A stretch of DNA of 64,000 nt from the human T2T-CHM13v2.0 reference genome, Homo sapiens, in NCBI RefSeq assembly GCF_009914755.1, contig NC_060933.1; one strand, given 5' to 3'. The translations under genes and the position numbers were made by a program. Position 1 is the stretch's first letter, and each line of letters starts with the position of its first letter. Shown piece after piece: positions 22,601 to 34,851 of this stretch. Under the pieces are notes generated by a model. It saw nothing but the letters and a program-made list of their open reading frames with translations. It ran no database searches and was not told where the DNA came from.

Positions 22601-25600
22601 CATTCTCAGAAACTTGTTTGTGATGTGTGTATTCAACTAACAGAGATGAACCTTTCTTTTTACAGAGCAGTTTTGAAACACTCTTTTTGTGGAATCTGAA
22701 AGTGGATATTTGGATAGCTTTGAGGATTTCGTTGGAAACGGGATTACATATAAAACCTAGAGAGAAGCATTCTCAGGAACTTCTTTTTGATGTTTGCCTT
22801 CAAGTCACAGGACTGAACATTCCCTTTCATAGAGCAGGTTTGAAACACTCTTTCTGTAGTATCTGCAAGCTGACGTTTCAAGCGCTTTCAGGCCTATGGT
22901 GAGAAAGGAAATATCTTCAAGTAAAAACTAGACAGAAGCATTCTCAGAAACTTATTTGCCATGTGTGTTCTCAACTAACAGAGTTGAACCTTTGTTTTGA
23001 TACGGCATTTTGGAAACACTCTTTTTGTAGAATCTGCAGGTGGATATTCGGATAGCTTTGAAGGTTTCGTTGGAAACGGGAATATCTTCATATAAAATCT
23101 AGACGGAAGCATTCTCAGAAACTGCTTTGTGATGTTTTCATTCAAGTCACAGAGTAGAATGTTCCCTGTTATATACCAGGTTTGAGACACTCTTTCTGCA
23201 CTACCTGGAAGTGGACGTTTGGAGCGCTTTGAGGCCTATGTTGAAAAAGGAAATATCTTCCCATAAAAACTAGACAGAAGCATTCTCAGAAACTTGTTTG
23301 TGATGTGTGTATTCAACTAACAGAGATGAACCTTTCTTTTTACAGAGCAGTTTTGAAACAGTCTTTTTGTGGAATCTGAAAGTGGATATTTGGATAGCTT
23401 TGAGGATTTCGTTGGAAACGGGATTACATATAAAATCTAGAGAGAAGCATTCTCAGGAACTTCTTTGTGATGTTTGCATTCACGTCACAGAACTGAACAT
23501 TCCCTTTCATAGAGCATGTTTGAAACACTCTTTCTGTAGTATCTGCAAACGGACATTTCAAACGCTTTCAGGCCTATGGTGAGAAAGGAAATATCTTCAA
23601 GTAAAAACTAGACAGAAGCATTCTCAGAAACTTATTTGCGATGTGTGTCCTCAACTAACAGAGTTGAACCTTTCTTTTGATACAACATTTTGGAAACACT
23701 CTTTTTGTAGAATCTGCAAGTGGATATTTGGATAGCTTTGAAGGTTTCGTTGGAAACGGGAATATCTTCATATAAAATCAAGACTGAAGCATTCTCAGAA
23801 ACTTCTCTGTGATGTTTGCATTCAACTCATAGAGTTGAACACTTCCCTTCATACAGCAGGTTTGAAACACTCTTTTTGTAATATTTGGAAGTGGACATTT
23901 GCAGCGCTTTGAGGCCTATGATGAAAAAGGTAATATCTTCCCATAAAAACTAGACAGAAGCATTCTCAGAAACTTGTTTGTGATGTGTGTATTCAACTAA
24001 CAGAGATGAACCTTTCTTTTTACAGAGCAGTTTTGAAACACTCTTTTTGTGGAATCTGAAAGTGGATATTTGGATAGCTTTGCGGATTTCGTTGGAAACG
24101 GGATTACATATAAAATCTAGGGAGAAGCATTCTCAGGAACTTCTTTGTGATGTTTGCATTCAAGTCACAGAACTGAACATTCCCTTTCATAGAGCAGGTT
24201 TGAAACACTCTTTCTGTAGTATCTGCAAGCGGACGTTTTAAGCGCTTTCAGGCCTGTGGTGAGAAAGGAAATATCTTCAAATAAAAACTAGACAGAAGCA
24301 TTCTCAGAAACTTATTTGCGATGTGTGTCCTCAACTAACAGAGTTGAACCTTTCTTTTGATACAACATTTTGGAAACACTCTTTTTGTAGAATCTGCAAG
24401 TGGATATTTGGATAGCTTTGAAGGTTTCGTTGGAAACGGGAATATCTTCATATGAAATCAAGACAGAAGCATTCTCAGAAACTTCTCTGTGATGTTTGCA
24501 TTCAACTCATAGAGTTGAACACTTCCCTTCATACAGCAGGTTTGAAACACTCTTTTTCTAATATTTGGAAGTGGACATTTGCAGCGCTTTGAGGCCTATG
24601 TTGAAAAAGGAAATATCTTCTCCTAAAAACCAGACAGAAGCATTCTCAGAAACTTCCTTGTGATGTGTGTACTCAAGTAACAGAGTTGAACCTTCCTTTT
24701 GACGGAGCAGTTTTGAAGCACTCTTTTTGTAGAATCTGCAAGTGGATATTTTGATACCTTTGAGGATTTCTTTGGACACGGGATATCTTCATATAAAATC
24801 TAGACAGAAGCATTCTCAGAAACTTCTTTGTGCTGTATGTCCTCAATTAACAGAGTTGAACCTTTGTGTGGATACAGCATTTTGGAAACATTCCTTTAGT
24901 AGAATCTGCAAGTTGATATTTAGATAGCTAGGAAGATTTCCTTGGAAACGGGAATATCTTCATATAAAATCTAGACGGAAGCATTCTCAGAAAGTGCTTT
25001 GTGATGTTTGCATTCAAGTCACAGAGTTGAATATTCCCTTTTATAGAGCAGGTTTGAAACACTCTTTCTGCACTACCTGGAAGTGGACATTTGGAGCGCT
25101 TTGAGGCCTATGTTGAAAAAGGAAATATCTTCCCATAAAAACTAGACAGAAGCATTCTCAGAAACTTGTTTGTGATGTGTGTATTCAACTAACAGAGATG
25201 AACCTTTCTTTTTACAGAGCAGTTTTGAAACACTCTTTTTGTGGAATCTGAAAGTGGATATTTGGATAGCTTTGAGGATTTCGTTGGAAACGGGATTACA
25301 TATAAAACCTAGAGAGAAGCATTCTCAGGAACTTCTTTGTGATGTTTGCATTCAAGTCACAGAACTGAACATTCCCTTTCATAGAGCAGGTTTGAAACAC
25401 TCTTTCTGTAGTATCTGCAAGCTGACGTTTCAAGCGCTTTCAGGCCTATGGTGAGAAAGGAAATATCTTCAAGTAAAAACTAGACAGAAGCATTCTCAGA
25501 AACTTATTTGCGATGTGTGTTCTCAACTAACAGAGTTGAACCTTTGTTTTGATACGGCATTTTGGAAACACTCTTTTTGTAGAAGCTGCAGGTGGATATT

Positions 25601-28600
25601 CGGATAGCTTTGAAGGTTTCGTTGGAAACGGGAATATCTTCATATAAAATCTAGACGGAAGCATTGTCAGAAACTGCTTTGTGATGTTTTCATTCAAGTC
25701 ACAGAGTAGAATGTTCCCTGTTATATACCAGGTTTGAGACACTCTTTCTGCACTACCTGGAAGTGGACATTTGCAGCGCTTTGAGGCCTATGATGAAAAA
25801 GGAAATATCTTCCCATAAAAACTAGACAGAAGCATTCTCAGAAACTTGTTTGTGATGTGTGTATTCAACTAACAGAGATGAACCTTTCTTTTTACAGAGC
25901 AGTTTTGAAACACTCTTTTTGTGGAATCTGAAAGTGGATATTTGGATAGCTTTGAGGATTTCGTTGGAAACGGGATTACATATAAAATCTAGAGAGAAGC
26001 ATTCTCAGGAACTTCTTTGTGATGTTTGCATTCACGTCACAGAACTGAACATTCCCTTTCATAGAGCATGTTTGAAACACTCTTTCTGTAGTATCTGCAA
26101 ACGGACATTTCAAACGCTTTCAGGCCTATGGTGAGAAAGGAAATATCTTCAAATAAAAACTAGACAGAAGCATTCTCAGAAACTTATTTGCGATGTGTGT
26201 CCTCAACTAACAGAGTTGAACCTTTCTTTTGATACAACATTTTGGAAACACTCTTTTTGTGGAATCTGCAAGTGGATATTTGGATAGCTTTGAAGGTTTC
26301 GTTGGATACGGGAATATCTTCATATAAAATCAAGACAGAAGCATTCTCAGAAACTTCTCTGTGATGTTTGCATTCAACTCATAGAGTTGAACACTTCCCT
26401 TCATACAGCAGGTTTGAAACACTCTTTTTCTAATATTTGGAAGTGGACATTTGCAGCGCTTTGAGGCCTATGTTGAAAAAGGAAATATCTTCTCCTAAAA
26501 ACCAGACAGAAGCATTCTCAGAAACTTCCTTGTGATGTGTGTACTCAAGTAACAGAGTTGAACCTTCCTTTTGACGGAGCAGTTTTGAAGCACTCTTTTT
26601 GTACAATCTGCAAGTGGATATTTTGATACCTTTGAGGATTTCTTTGGACACGGGATATCTTCATATAAAATCTAGACAGAAGCATTCTCAGAAACTTCTT
26701 TGTGCTGTATGTCCTCAATTAACAGAGTTGAACCTTTGTGTGGATACAGCATTTTGGAAACATTCCTTTAGTAGAATCTGCAAGTTGATATTTAGATAGC
26801 TAGGAAGATTTCCTTGGAAACGGGAATATCTTCATATAAAATCTAGACGGAAGCATTCTCAGAAAGTGCTTTGTGATGTTTGCATTCAAGTCACAGAGTT
26901 GAATATTCCCTTTTATAGAGCAGGTTTGAAACACTCTTTCTGCACTACCTGGAAGTGGACATTTGGAGCGCTTTGAGGCCTATGTTGAAAAAGGAAATAT
27001 CTTCCCATAAAAACTAGACAGAAGCATTCTCAGAAACTTGTTTGTGATGTGTGTATTCAACTAACAGAGATGAACCTTTCTTTTTACAGAGCAGTTTTGA
27101 AACACTCTTTTTGTGGAATCTGAAAGTGGATATTTGGATAGCTTTGAGGATTTCGTTGGAAACGGGATTACATATAAAACCTAGAGAGAAGCATTCTCAG
27201 GAACTTCTTTGTGATGTTTGCATTCAAGTCACAGAACTGAACATTCCCTTTCATAGAGCAGGTTTGAAACACTCTTTCTGTAGTATCTGCAAGCTGACGT
27301 TTCAAGCGCTTTCAGGCCTATGGTGAGAAAGGAAATATCTTCAAGTAAAAACTAGACAGAAGCATTCTCAGAAACTTATTTGCGATGTGTGTTCTCAACT
27401 AACAGAGTTGAACCTTTGTTTTGATATGGCATTTTGGAAACACTCTTTTTGTAGAATCTGCAGGTGGATATTCGGATAGCTTTGAAGGTTTCGTTGGAAA
27501 CGGGAATATCTTCATATAAAATCTAGACGGAAGCATTCTCAGAAACTGCTTTGTGATGTTTTCATTCAAGTCACAGAGTAGAATGTTCCCTGTTATATAC
27601 CAGGTTTGAGACACTCTTTCTGCACTACCTGGAAGTGGACATTTGCAGCGCTTTGAGGCCTATGATGAAAAAGGAAATATCTTCCCATAAGAACTAGACA
27701 GAAGCATTCTCAGAAACTTGTTTGTGATGTGTGTATTCAACTAACAGAGATGAACCTTTCTTTTTACAGAGCAGTTTTGAAACACTCTTTTTGTGGAATC
27801 TGAAAGTGGATATTTGGATAGCTTTGAGGATTTCGTTGGAAACGGGATTACATATAAAATCTAGAGAGAAGCATTCTCAGGAACTTCTTTGTGATGTTTG
27901 CATTCACGTCACAGAACTGAACATTCCCTTTCATAGAGCATGTTTGAAACACTCTTTCTGTAGTATCTGCAAACGGACATTTCAAACGCTTTCAGGCCTA
28001 TGGTGAGAAAGGAAATATCTTCAAATAAAAACTAGACAGAAACATTCTCAGAAACTTATTTGCGATGTGTGTCCTCAACTAACAGAGTTGAACTTTTCTT
28101 TTGATACAACATTTTGGAAACACACTTTTTATAGAATCTGCAAGTGGATATTTGAATAGCTTTGAAGGTTTCGTTGGAAACGGGAATATCTTCAATTAAA
28201 AACTAGACAGAAGCATTCTCAGAAACTTATTTGCGATGTGTGTCCTCAACTAACAGAGTTGAACCTTTCTTTTGATACAACATTTTGGAAACACTCTTTT
28301 TGTAGAATCTGCAAGTGGATATTTGAATAGCTTTGAAGGTTTCGTTGGAAACGGGCATATCTTCATATAAAATCAAGACAGAAGCATTCTCAGAAACTTC
28401 TCTGTGATGTTTGCATTCAACTCATAGAGTTGAACACTTCCCTTCATACAGCAGGTTTGAAACACTCTTTTTGTAATATTTGGAAGTGGACATTTGCAGC
28501 GCTTTGAGGCCTATGATGAAAAAGGTAATATCTTCCCATAAAAACTAGACAGAAGCATTCTCAGAAACTTGTTTGTGATGTGTGTATTCAACTAACAGAG

Positions 28601-31600
28601 ATGAACCTTTCTTTTTACAGAGCAGTTTTGAAACACTCTTTTTGTGGAATCTGAAAGTGGATATTTGGATAGCTTTGAGGATTTCGTTGGAAACGGGATT
28701 ACATATAAAACCTAGAGAGAAGCATTCTCAGGAACTTCTTTGTGATGTTTGCATTCAAGTCACAGAACTGAACATTCCCTTTCATAGAGCAGGTTTGAAA
28801 CACTCTTTCTGTAGTATCTGCAAGCTGACGTTTCAAGCGCTTTCAGGCCTATGGTGAGAAAGGAAATATCTTCAAGTAAAAACTAGACAGAAGCATTCTC
28901 AGAAACTTATTTGCGATGTGTGTTCTCAACTAACAGAGTTGAACCTTTGTTTTGATACGGCATTTTGGAAACACTCTTTTTGTAGAATCTGCAGGTGGAT
29001 ATTCGGATAGCTTTGAAGGTTTCGTTGGAAACGGGAATATCTTCATATAAAATCTAGACGGAAGCATTCTCAGAAACTGCTTTGTGATGTTTTCATTCAA
29101 GTCACAGAGTAGAATGTTCCCTGTTGTATACCAGGTTTGAGACACTCTTTCTGCACTACCTGGAAGTGGACATTTGCAGCGCTTTGAGGCCTATGATGAA
29201 AAAGGAAATATCTTCCCATAAAAACTAGACAGAAGCATTCTCAGAAACTTGTTTGTGATGTGTGTATTCAACTAACAGAGATGAACCTTTCTTTTTACAG
29301 AGCAGTTTTGAAACACTCTTTTTGTGGAAACTGAAAGTGGATATTTGGATAGCTTTGAGGATTTCGTTGGAAACGGGATTACATATAAAATCTAGAGAGA
29401 AGCATTCTCAGGAACTTCTTTGTGATGTTTGCATTCAAGTCACAGAACTGAACATTCCCTTTCATAGAGCAGGTTTGAAACACTCTTTCTGTAGTATCTG
29501 CTAGCGGACGTTTTAAGCGCTTTCAGGCCTGTGGTGAGAAAGGAAATATCTTCAAATAAAAACTAGACAGAAGCATTCTCAGAAACTTATTTGTGATGTG
29601 TGTCCTCAACTAACAGAGTTGAACCTTTCTTTTGATACAACATTTTGGAAACACTCTTTTTGTAGAATCTGCAAGTGGATATTTGGATAGCTTTGAAGGT
29701 TTCGTTGGAAACGGGAATATCTTCATATGAAATCAAGACAGAAGCATTCTCAGAAACTTCTCTGTGATGTTTGCATTCAACTCATAGAGTTGAACACTTC
29801 CCTTCATACAGCAGGTTTGAAACACTCTTTTTCTAATATTTGGAAGTGGACATTTGCAGCGCTTTGAGGCCTATGTTGAAAAAGGAAATATCTTCTCCTA
29901 AAAACCAGACAGAAGCATTCTCAGAAACTTCCTTGTGATGTGTGTTCTCAAGTAACAGAGTTGAACCTTCCTTTTGACGGAGCAGTTTTGAAGCACTCTT
30001 TTTGTAGAATCTGCAAGTGGATATTTTGATACCTTTGAGGATTTCGTTGGACACGGGATATCTTCATATAAAATCTAGACAGAAGCATTCTCAGAAACTT
30101 CTTTGTGCTGTATGTCCTCAATTAACAGAGTTGAACCTTTGTGTGGATACAGCATTTTGGAAACATTCCTTTAGTAGAATCTGCAAGTTGATATTTAGAT
30201 AGCTAGGAAGATTTCCTTGGAAACGGGAGTATCTTCATATAAAATCTAGACGGAAGCATTCTCAGAAAGTGCTTTGTGATGTTTGCATTCAAGTCACAGA
30301 GTTGAATATTCCCTTTTATAGAGCAGGTTTGAAACACTCTTTCTGCACTACCTGGAAGTGGACATTTGGAGCGCTTTGAGGCCTATGTTGAAAAAGGAAA
30401 TATCTTCCCATAAAAACTAGACAGAAGCATTCTCAGAAACTTGTTTGTGATGTGTGTATTCAACTAACAGAGATGAACCTTTCTTTTTACAGAGCAGTTT
30501 TGAAACACTCTTTTTGTGGAATCTGAAAGTGGATATTTGGATAGCTTTGAGGATTTCGTTGGAAACGGGATTACATATAAAACCTAGAGAGAAGCATTCT
30601 CAGGAACTTCTTTTTGATGTTTGCCTTCAAGTCACAGGACTGAACATTCCCTTTCATAGAGCAGGTTTGAAACACTCTTTCTGTAGTATCTGCAAGCTGA
30701 CGTTTCAAGCGCTTTCAGGCCTATGGTGAGAAAGGAAATATCTTCAAGTAAAAACTAGACAGAAGCATTCTCAGAAACTTATTTGCCATGTGTGTTCTCA
30801 ACTAACAGAGTTGAACCTTTGTTTTGATACGGCATTTTGGAAACACTCTTTTTGTAGAATCTGCAGGTGGATATTCGGATAGCTTTGAAGGTTTCGTTGG
30901 AAACGGGAATATCTTCATATAAAATCTAGACGGAAGCATTCTCAGAAACTGCTTTGTGATGTTTTCATTCAAGTCACAGAGTAGAATGTTCCCTGTTATA
31001 TACCAGGTTTGAGACACTCTTTCTGCACTACCTGGAAGTGGACGTTTGGAGCGCTTTGAGGCCTATGTTGAAAAAGGAAATATCTTCCCATAAAAACTAG
31101 ACAGAAGCATTCTCAGAAACTTGTTTGTGATGTGTGTATTCAACTAACAGAGATGAACCTTTCTTTTTACAGAGCAGTTTTGAAACACTCTTTTTGTGGA
31201 ATCTGAAAGTGGATATTTGGATAGCTTTGAGGATTTCGTTGGAAACGGGATTACATATAAAACCTAGAGAGAAGCATTCTCAGGAACTTCTTTGTGATGT
31301 TTGCATTCAAGTCACAGAACTGAACATTCCCTTTCATAGAGCAGGTTTGAAACACTCTTTCTGTAGTATCTGCAAGCTGACGTTTCAAGCGCTTTCAGGC
31401 CTATGGTGAGAAAGGAAATATCTTCAAGTAAAAACTAGACAGAAGCATTCTCAGAAACTTATTTGCGATGTGTGTTCTCAACTAACAGAGTTGAACCTTT
31501 GTTTTGATACGGCATTTTGGAAACACTCTTTTTGTAGAATCTGCAGGTGGATATTCGGATAGCTTTGAAGGTTTCGTTGGAAACGGGAATATCTTCATAT

Positions 31601-34600
31601 AAAATCTAGACGGAAGCATTCTCAGAAACTGCTTTGTGATGTTTTCATTCAAGTCACAGAGTAGAATGTTCCCTGTTGTATACCAGGTTTGAGACACTCT
31701 TTCTGCACTACCTGGAAGTGGACATTTGCAGCGCTTTGAGGCCTATGATGAAAAAGGAAATATCTTCCCATAAAAACTAGACAGAAGCATTCTCAGAAAC
31801 TTGTTTGTGATGTGTGTATTCAACTAACAGAGATGAACCTTTCTTTTTACAGAGCAGTTTTGAAACACTCTTTTTGTGGAAACTGAAAGTGGATATTTGG
31901 ATAGCTTTGAGGATTTCGTTGGAAACGGGATTACATATAAAATCTAGAGAGAAGCATTCTCAGGAACTTCTTTGTGATGTTTGCATTCAAGTCACAGAAC
32001 TGAACATTCCCTTTCATAGAGCAGGTTTGAAACACTCTTTCTGTAGTATCTGCTAGCGGACGTTTTAAGCGCTTTCAGGCCTGTGGTGAGAAAGGAAATA
32101 TCTTCAAATAAAAACTAGACAGAAGCATTCTCAGAAACTTATTTGTGATGTGTGTCCTCAACTAACAGAGTTGAACCTTTCTTTTGATACAACATTTTGG
32201 AAACACTCTTTTTGTAGAATCTGCAAGTGGATATTTGGATAGCTTTGAAGGTTTCGTTGGAAACGGGAATATCTTCATATGAAATCAAGACAGAAGCATT
32301 CTCAGAAACTTCTCTGTGATGTTTGCATTCAACTCATAGAGTTGAACACTTCCCTTCATACAGCAGGTTTGAAACACTCTTTTTCTAATATTTGGAAGTG
32401 GACATTTGCAGCGCTTTGAGGCCTATGTTGAAAAAGGAAATATCTTCTCCTAAAAACCAGACAGAAGCATTCTCAGAAACTTCCTTGTGATGTGTGTTCT
32501 CAAGTAACAGAGTTGAACCTTCCTTTTGACGGAGCAGTTTTGAAGCACTCTTTTTGTAGAATCTGCAAGTGGATATTTTGATACCTTTGAGGATTTCGTT
32601 GGACACGGGATATCTTCATATAAAATCTAGACAGAAGCATTCTCAGAAACTTCTTTGTGCTGTATGTCCTCAATTAACAGAGTTGAACCTTTGTGTGGAT
32701 ACAGCATTTTGGAAACATTCCTTTAGTAGAATCTGCAAGTTGATATTTAGATAGCTAGGAAGATTTCCTTGGAAACGGGAGTATCTTCATATAAAATCTA
32801 GACGGAAGCATTCTCAGAAAGTGCTTTGTGATGTTTGCATTCAAGTCACAGAGTTGAATATTCCCTTTTATAGAGCAGGTTTGAAACACTCTTTCTGCAC
32901 TACCTGGAAGTGGACATTTGGAGCGCTTTGAGGCCTATGTTGAAAAAGGAAATATCTTCCCATAAAAACTAGACAGAAGCATTCTCAGAAACTTGTTTGT
33001 GATGTGTGTATTCAACTAACAGAGATGAACCTTTCTTTTTACAGAGCAGTTTTGAAACACTCTTTTTGTGGAATCTGAAAGTGGATATTTGGATAGCTTT
33101 GAGGATTTCGTTGGAAACGGGATTACATATAAAACCTAGAGAGAAGCATTCTCAGGAACTTCTTTTTGATGTTTGCCTTCAAGTCACAGGACTGAACATT
33201 CCCTTTCATAGAGCAGGTTTGAAACACTCTTTCTGTAGTATCTGCAAGCTGACGTTTCAAGCGCTTTCAGGCCTATGGTGAGAAAGGAAATATCTTCAAG
33301 TAAAAACTAGACAGAAGCATTCTCAGAAACTTATTTGCCATGTGTGTTCTCAACTAACAGAGTTGAACCTTTGTTTTGATACGGCATTTTGGAAACACTC
33401 TTTTTGTAGAATCTGCAGGTGGATATTCGGATAGCTTTGAAGGTTTCGTTGGAAACGGGAATATCTTCATATAAAATCTAGACGGAAGCATTCTCAGAAA
33501 CTGCTTTGTGATGTTTTCATTCAAGTCACAGAGTAGAATGTTCCCTGTTATATACCAGGTTTGAGACACTCTTTCTGCACTACCTGGAAGTGGACGTTTG
33601 GAGCGCTTTGAGGCCTATGTTGAAAAAGGAAATATCTTCCCATAAAAACTAGACAGAAGCATTCTCAGAAACTTGTTTGTGATGTGTGTATTCAACTAAC
33701 AGAGATGAACCTTTCTTTTTACAGAGCAGTTTTGAAACACTCTTTTTGTGGAATCTGAAAGTGGATATTTGGATAGCTTTGCGGATTTCGTTGGAAACGG
33801 GATTACATATAAAATCTAGGGAGAAGCATTCTCAGGAACTTCTTTGTGATGTTTGCATTCAAGTCACAGAACTGAACATTCCCTTTCATAGAGCAGGTTT
33901 GAAACACTCTTTCTGTAGTATCTGCAAGCGGACGTTTTAAGCGCTTTCAGGCCTGTGGTGAGAAAGGAAATATCTTCAAATAAAAACTAGACAGAAGCAT
34001 TCTCAGAAACTTATTTGCGATGTGTGTCCTCAACTAACAGAGTTGAACCTTTCTTTTGATACAACATTTTGGAAACACTCTTTTTGTAGAATCTGCAAAT
34101 GGATATTTGGATAGCTTTGAAGGTTTCGTTGGAAACGGGAATATCTTCATATGAAATCAAGACAGAAGCATTCTCAGAAACTTCTCTGTGATGTTTGCAT
34201 TCAACTCATAGAGTTGAACACTTCCCTTCATACAGCAGGTTTGAAACACTCTTTTTCTAATATTTGGAAGTGGACATTTGCAGCGCTTTGAGGCCTATGT
34301 TGAAAAAGGAAATATCTTCTCCTAAAAACCAGACAGAAGCATTCTCAGAAACTTCCTTGTGATGTGCGTACTCAAGTAACAGAGTTGAACCTTCCTTTTG
34401 ACGGAGCAGTTTTGAAGCACTCTTTTTGTAGAATCTGCAAGTGGATATTTTGATACCTTTGAGGATTTCGTTGGACACGGGATATCTTCATATAAAATCT
34501 AGACAGAAGCATTCTCAGAAACTTCTTTGTGCTGTATGTCCTCAATTAACAGAGTTGAACCTTTGTGTGGATACAGCATTTTGGAAACATTCCTTTAGTA

Positions 34601-34851
34601 GAATCTGCAAGTTGATATTTAGATAGCTAGGAAGATTTCCTTGGAAACGGGAGTATCTTCATATAAAATCTAGACGGAAGCATTCTCAGAAAGTGCTTTG
34701 TGATGTTTGCATTCAAGTCACAGAGTTGAATATTCCCTTTTATAGAGCAGGTTTGAAACACTCTTTCTGCACTACCTGGAAGTGGACATTTGGAGCGCTT
34801 TGAGGCCTATGTTGAAAAAGGAAATATCTTCCCATAAAAACTAGACAGAAG
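22601..34851 (+). repeat. HOR units: 15-mer (22601-25152), 11-mer (25153-27024), 20-mer (27025-30427), 15-mer (30428-32979), 11-mer (32980-34851)
   Basis: Lengths 2552, 1872, 3403, 2552 and 1872 bp; compositions Z-X-Y, Z-(X/Y), Z-X5-Z-Y, Z-Z-Y, Z-Y. Confidence 0.92.
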
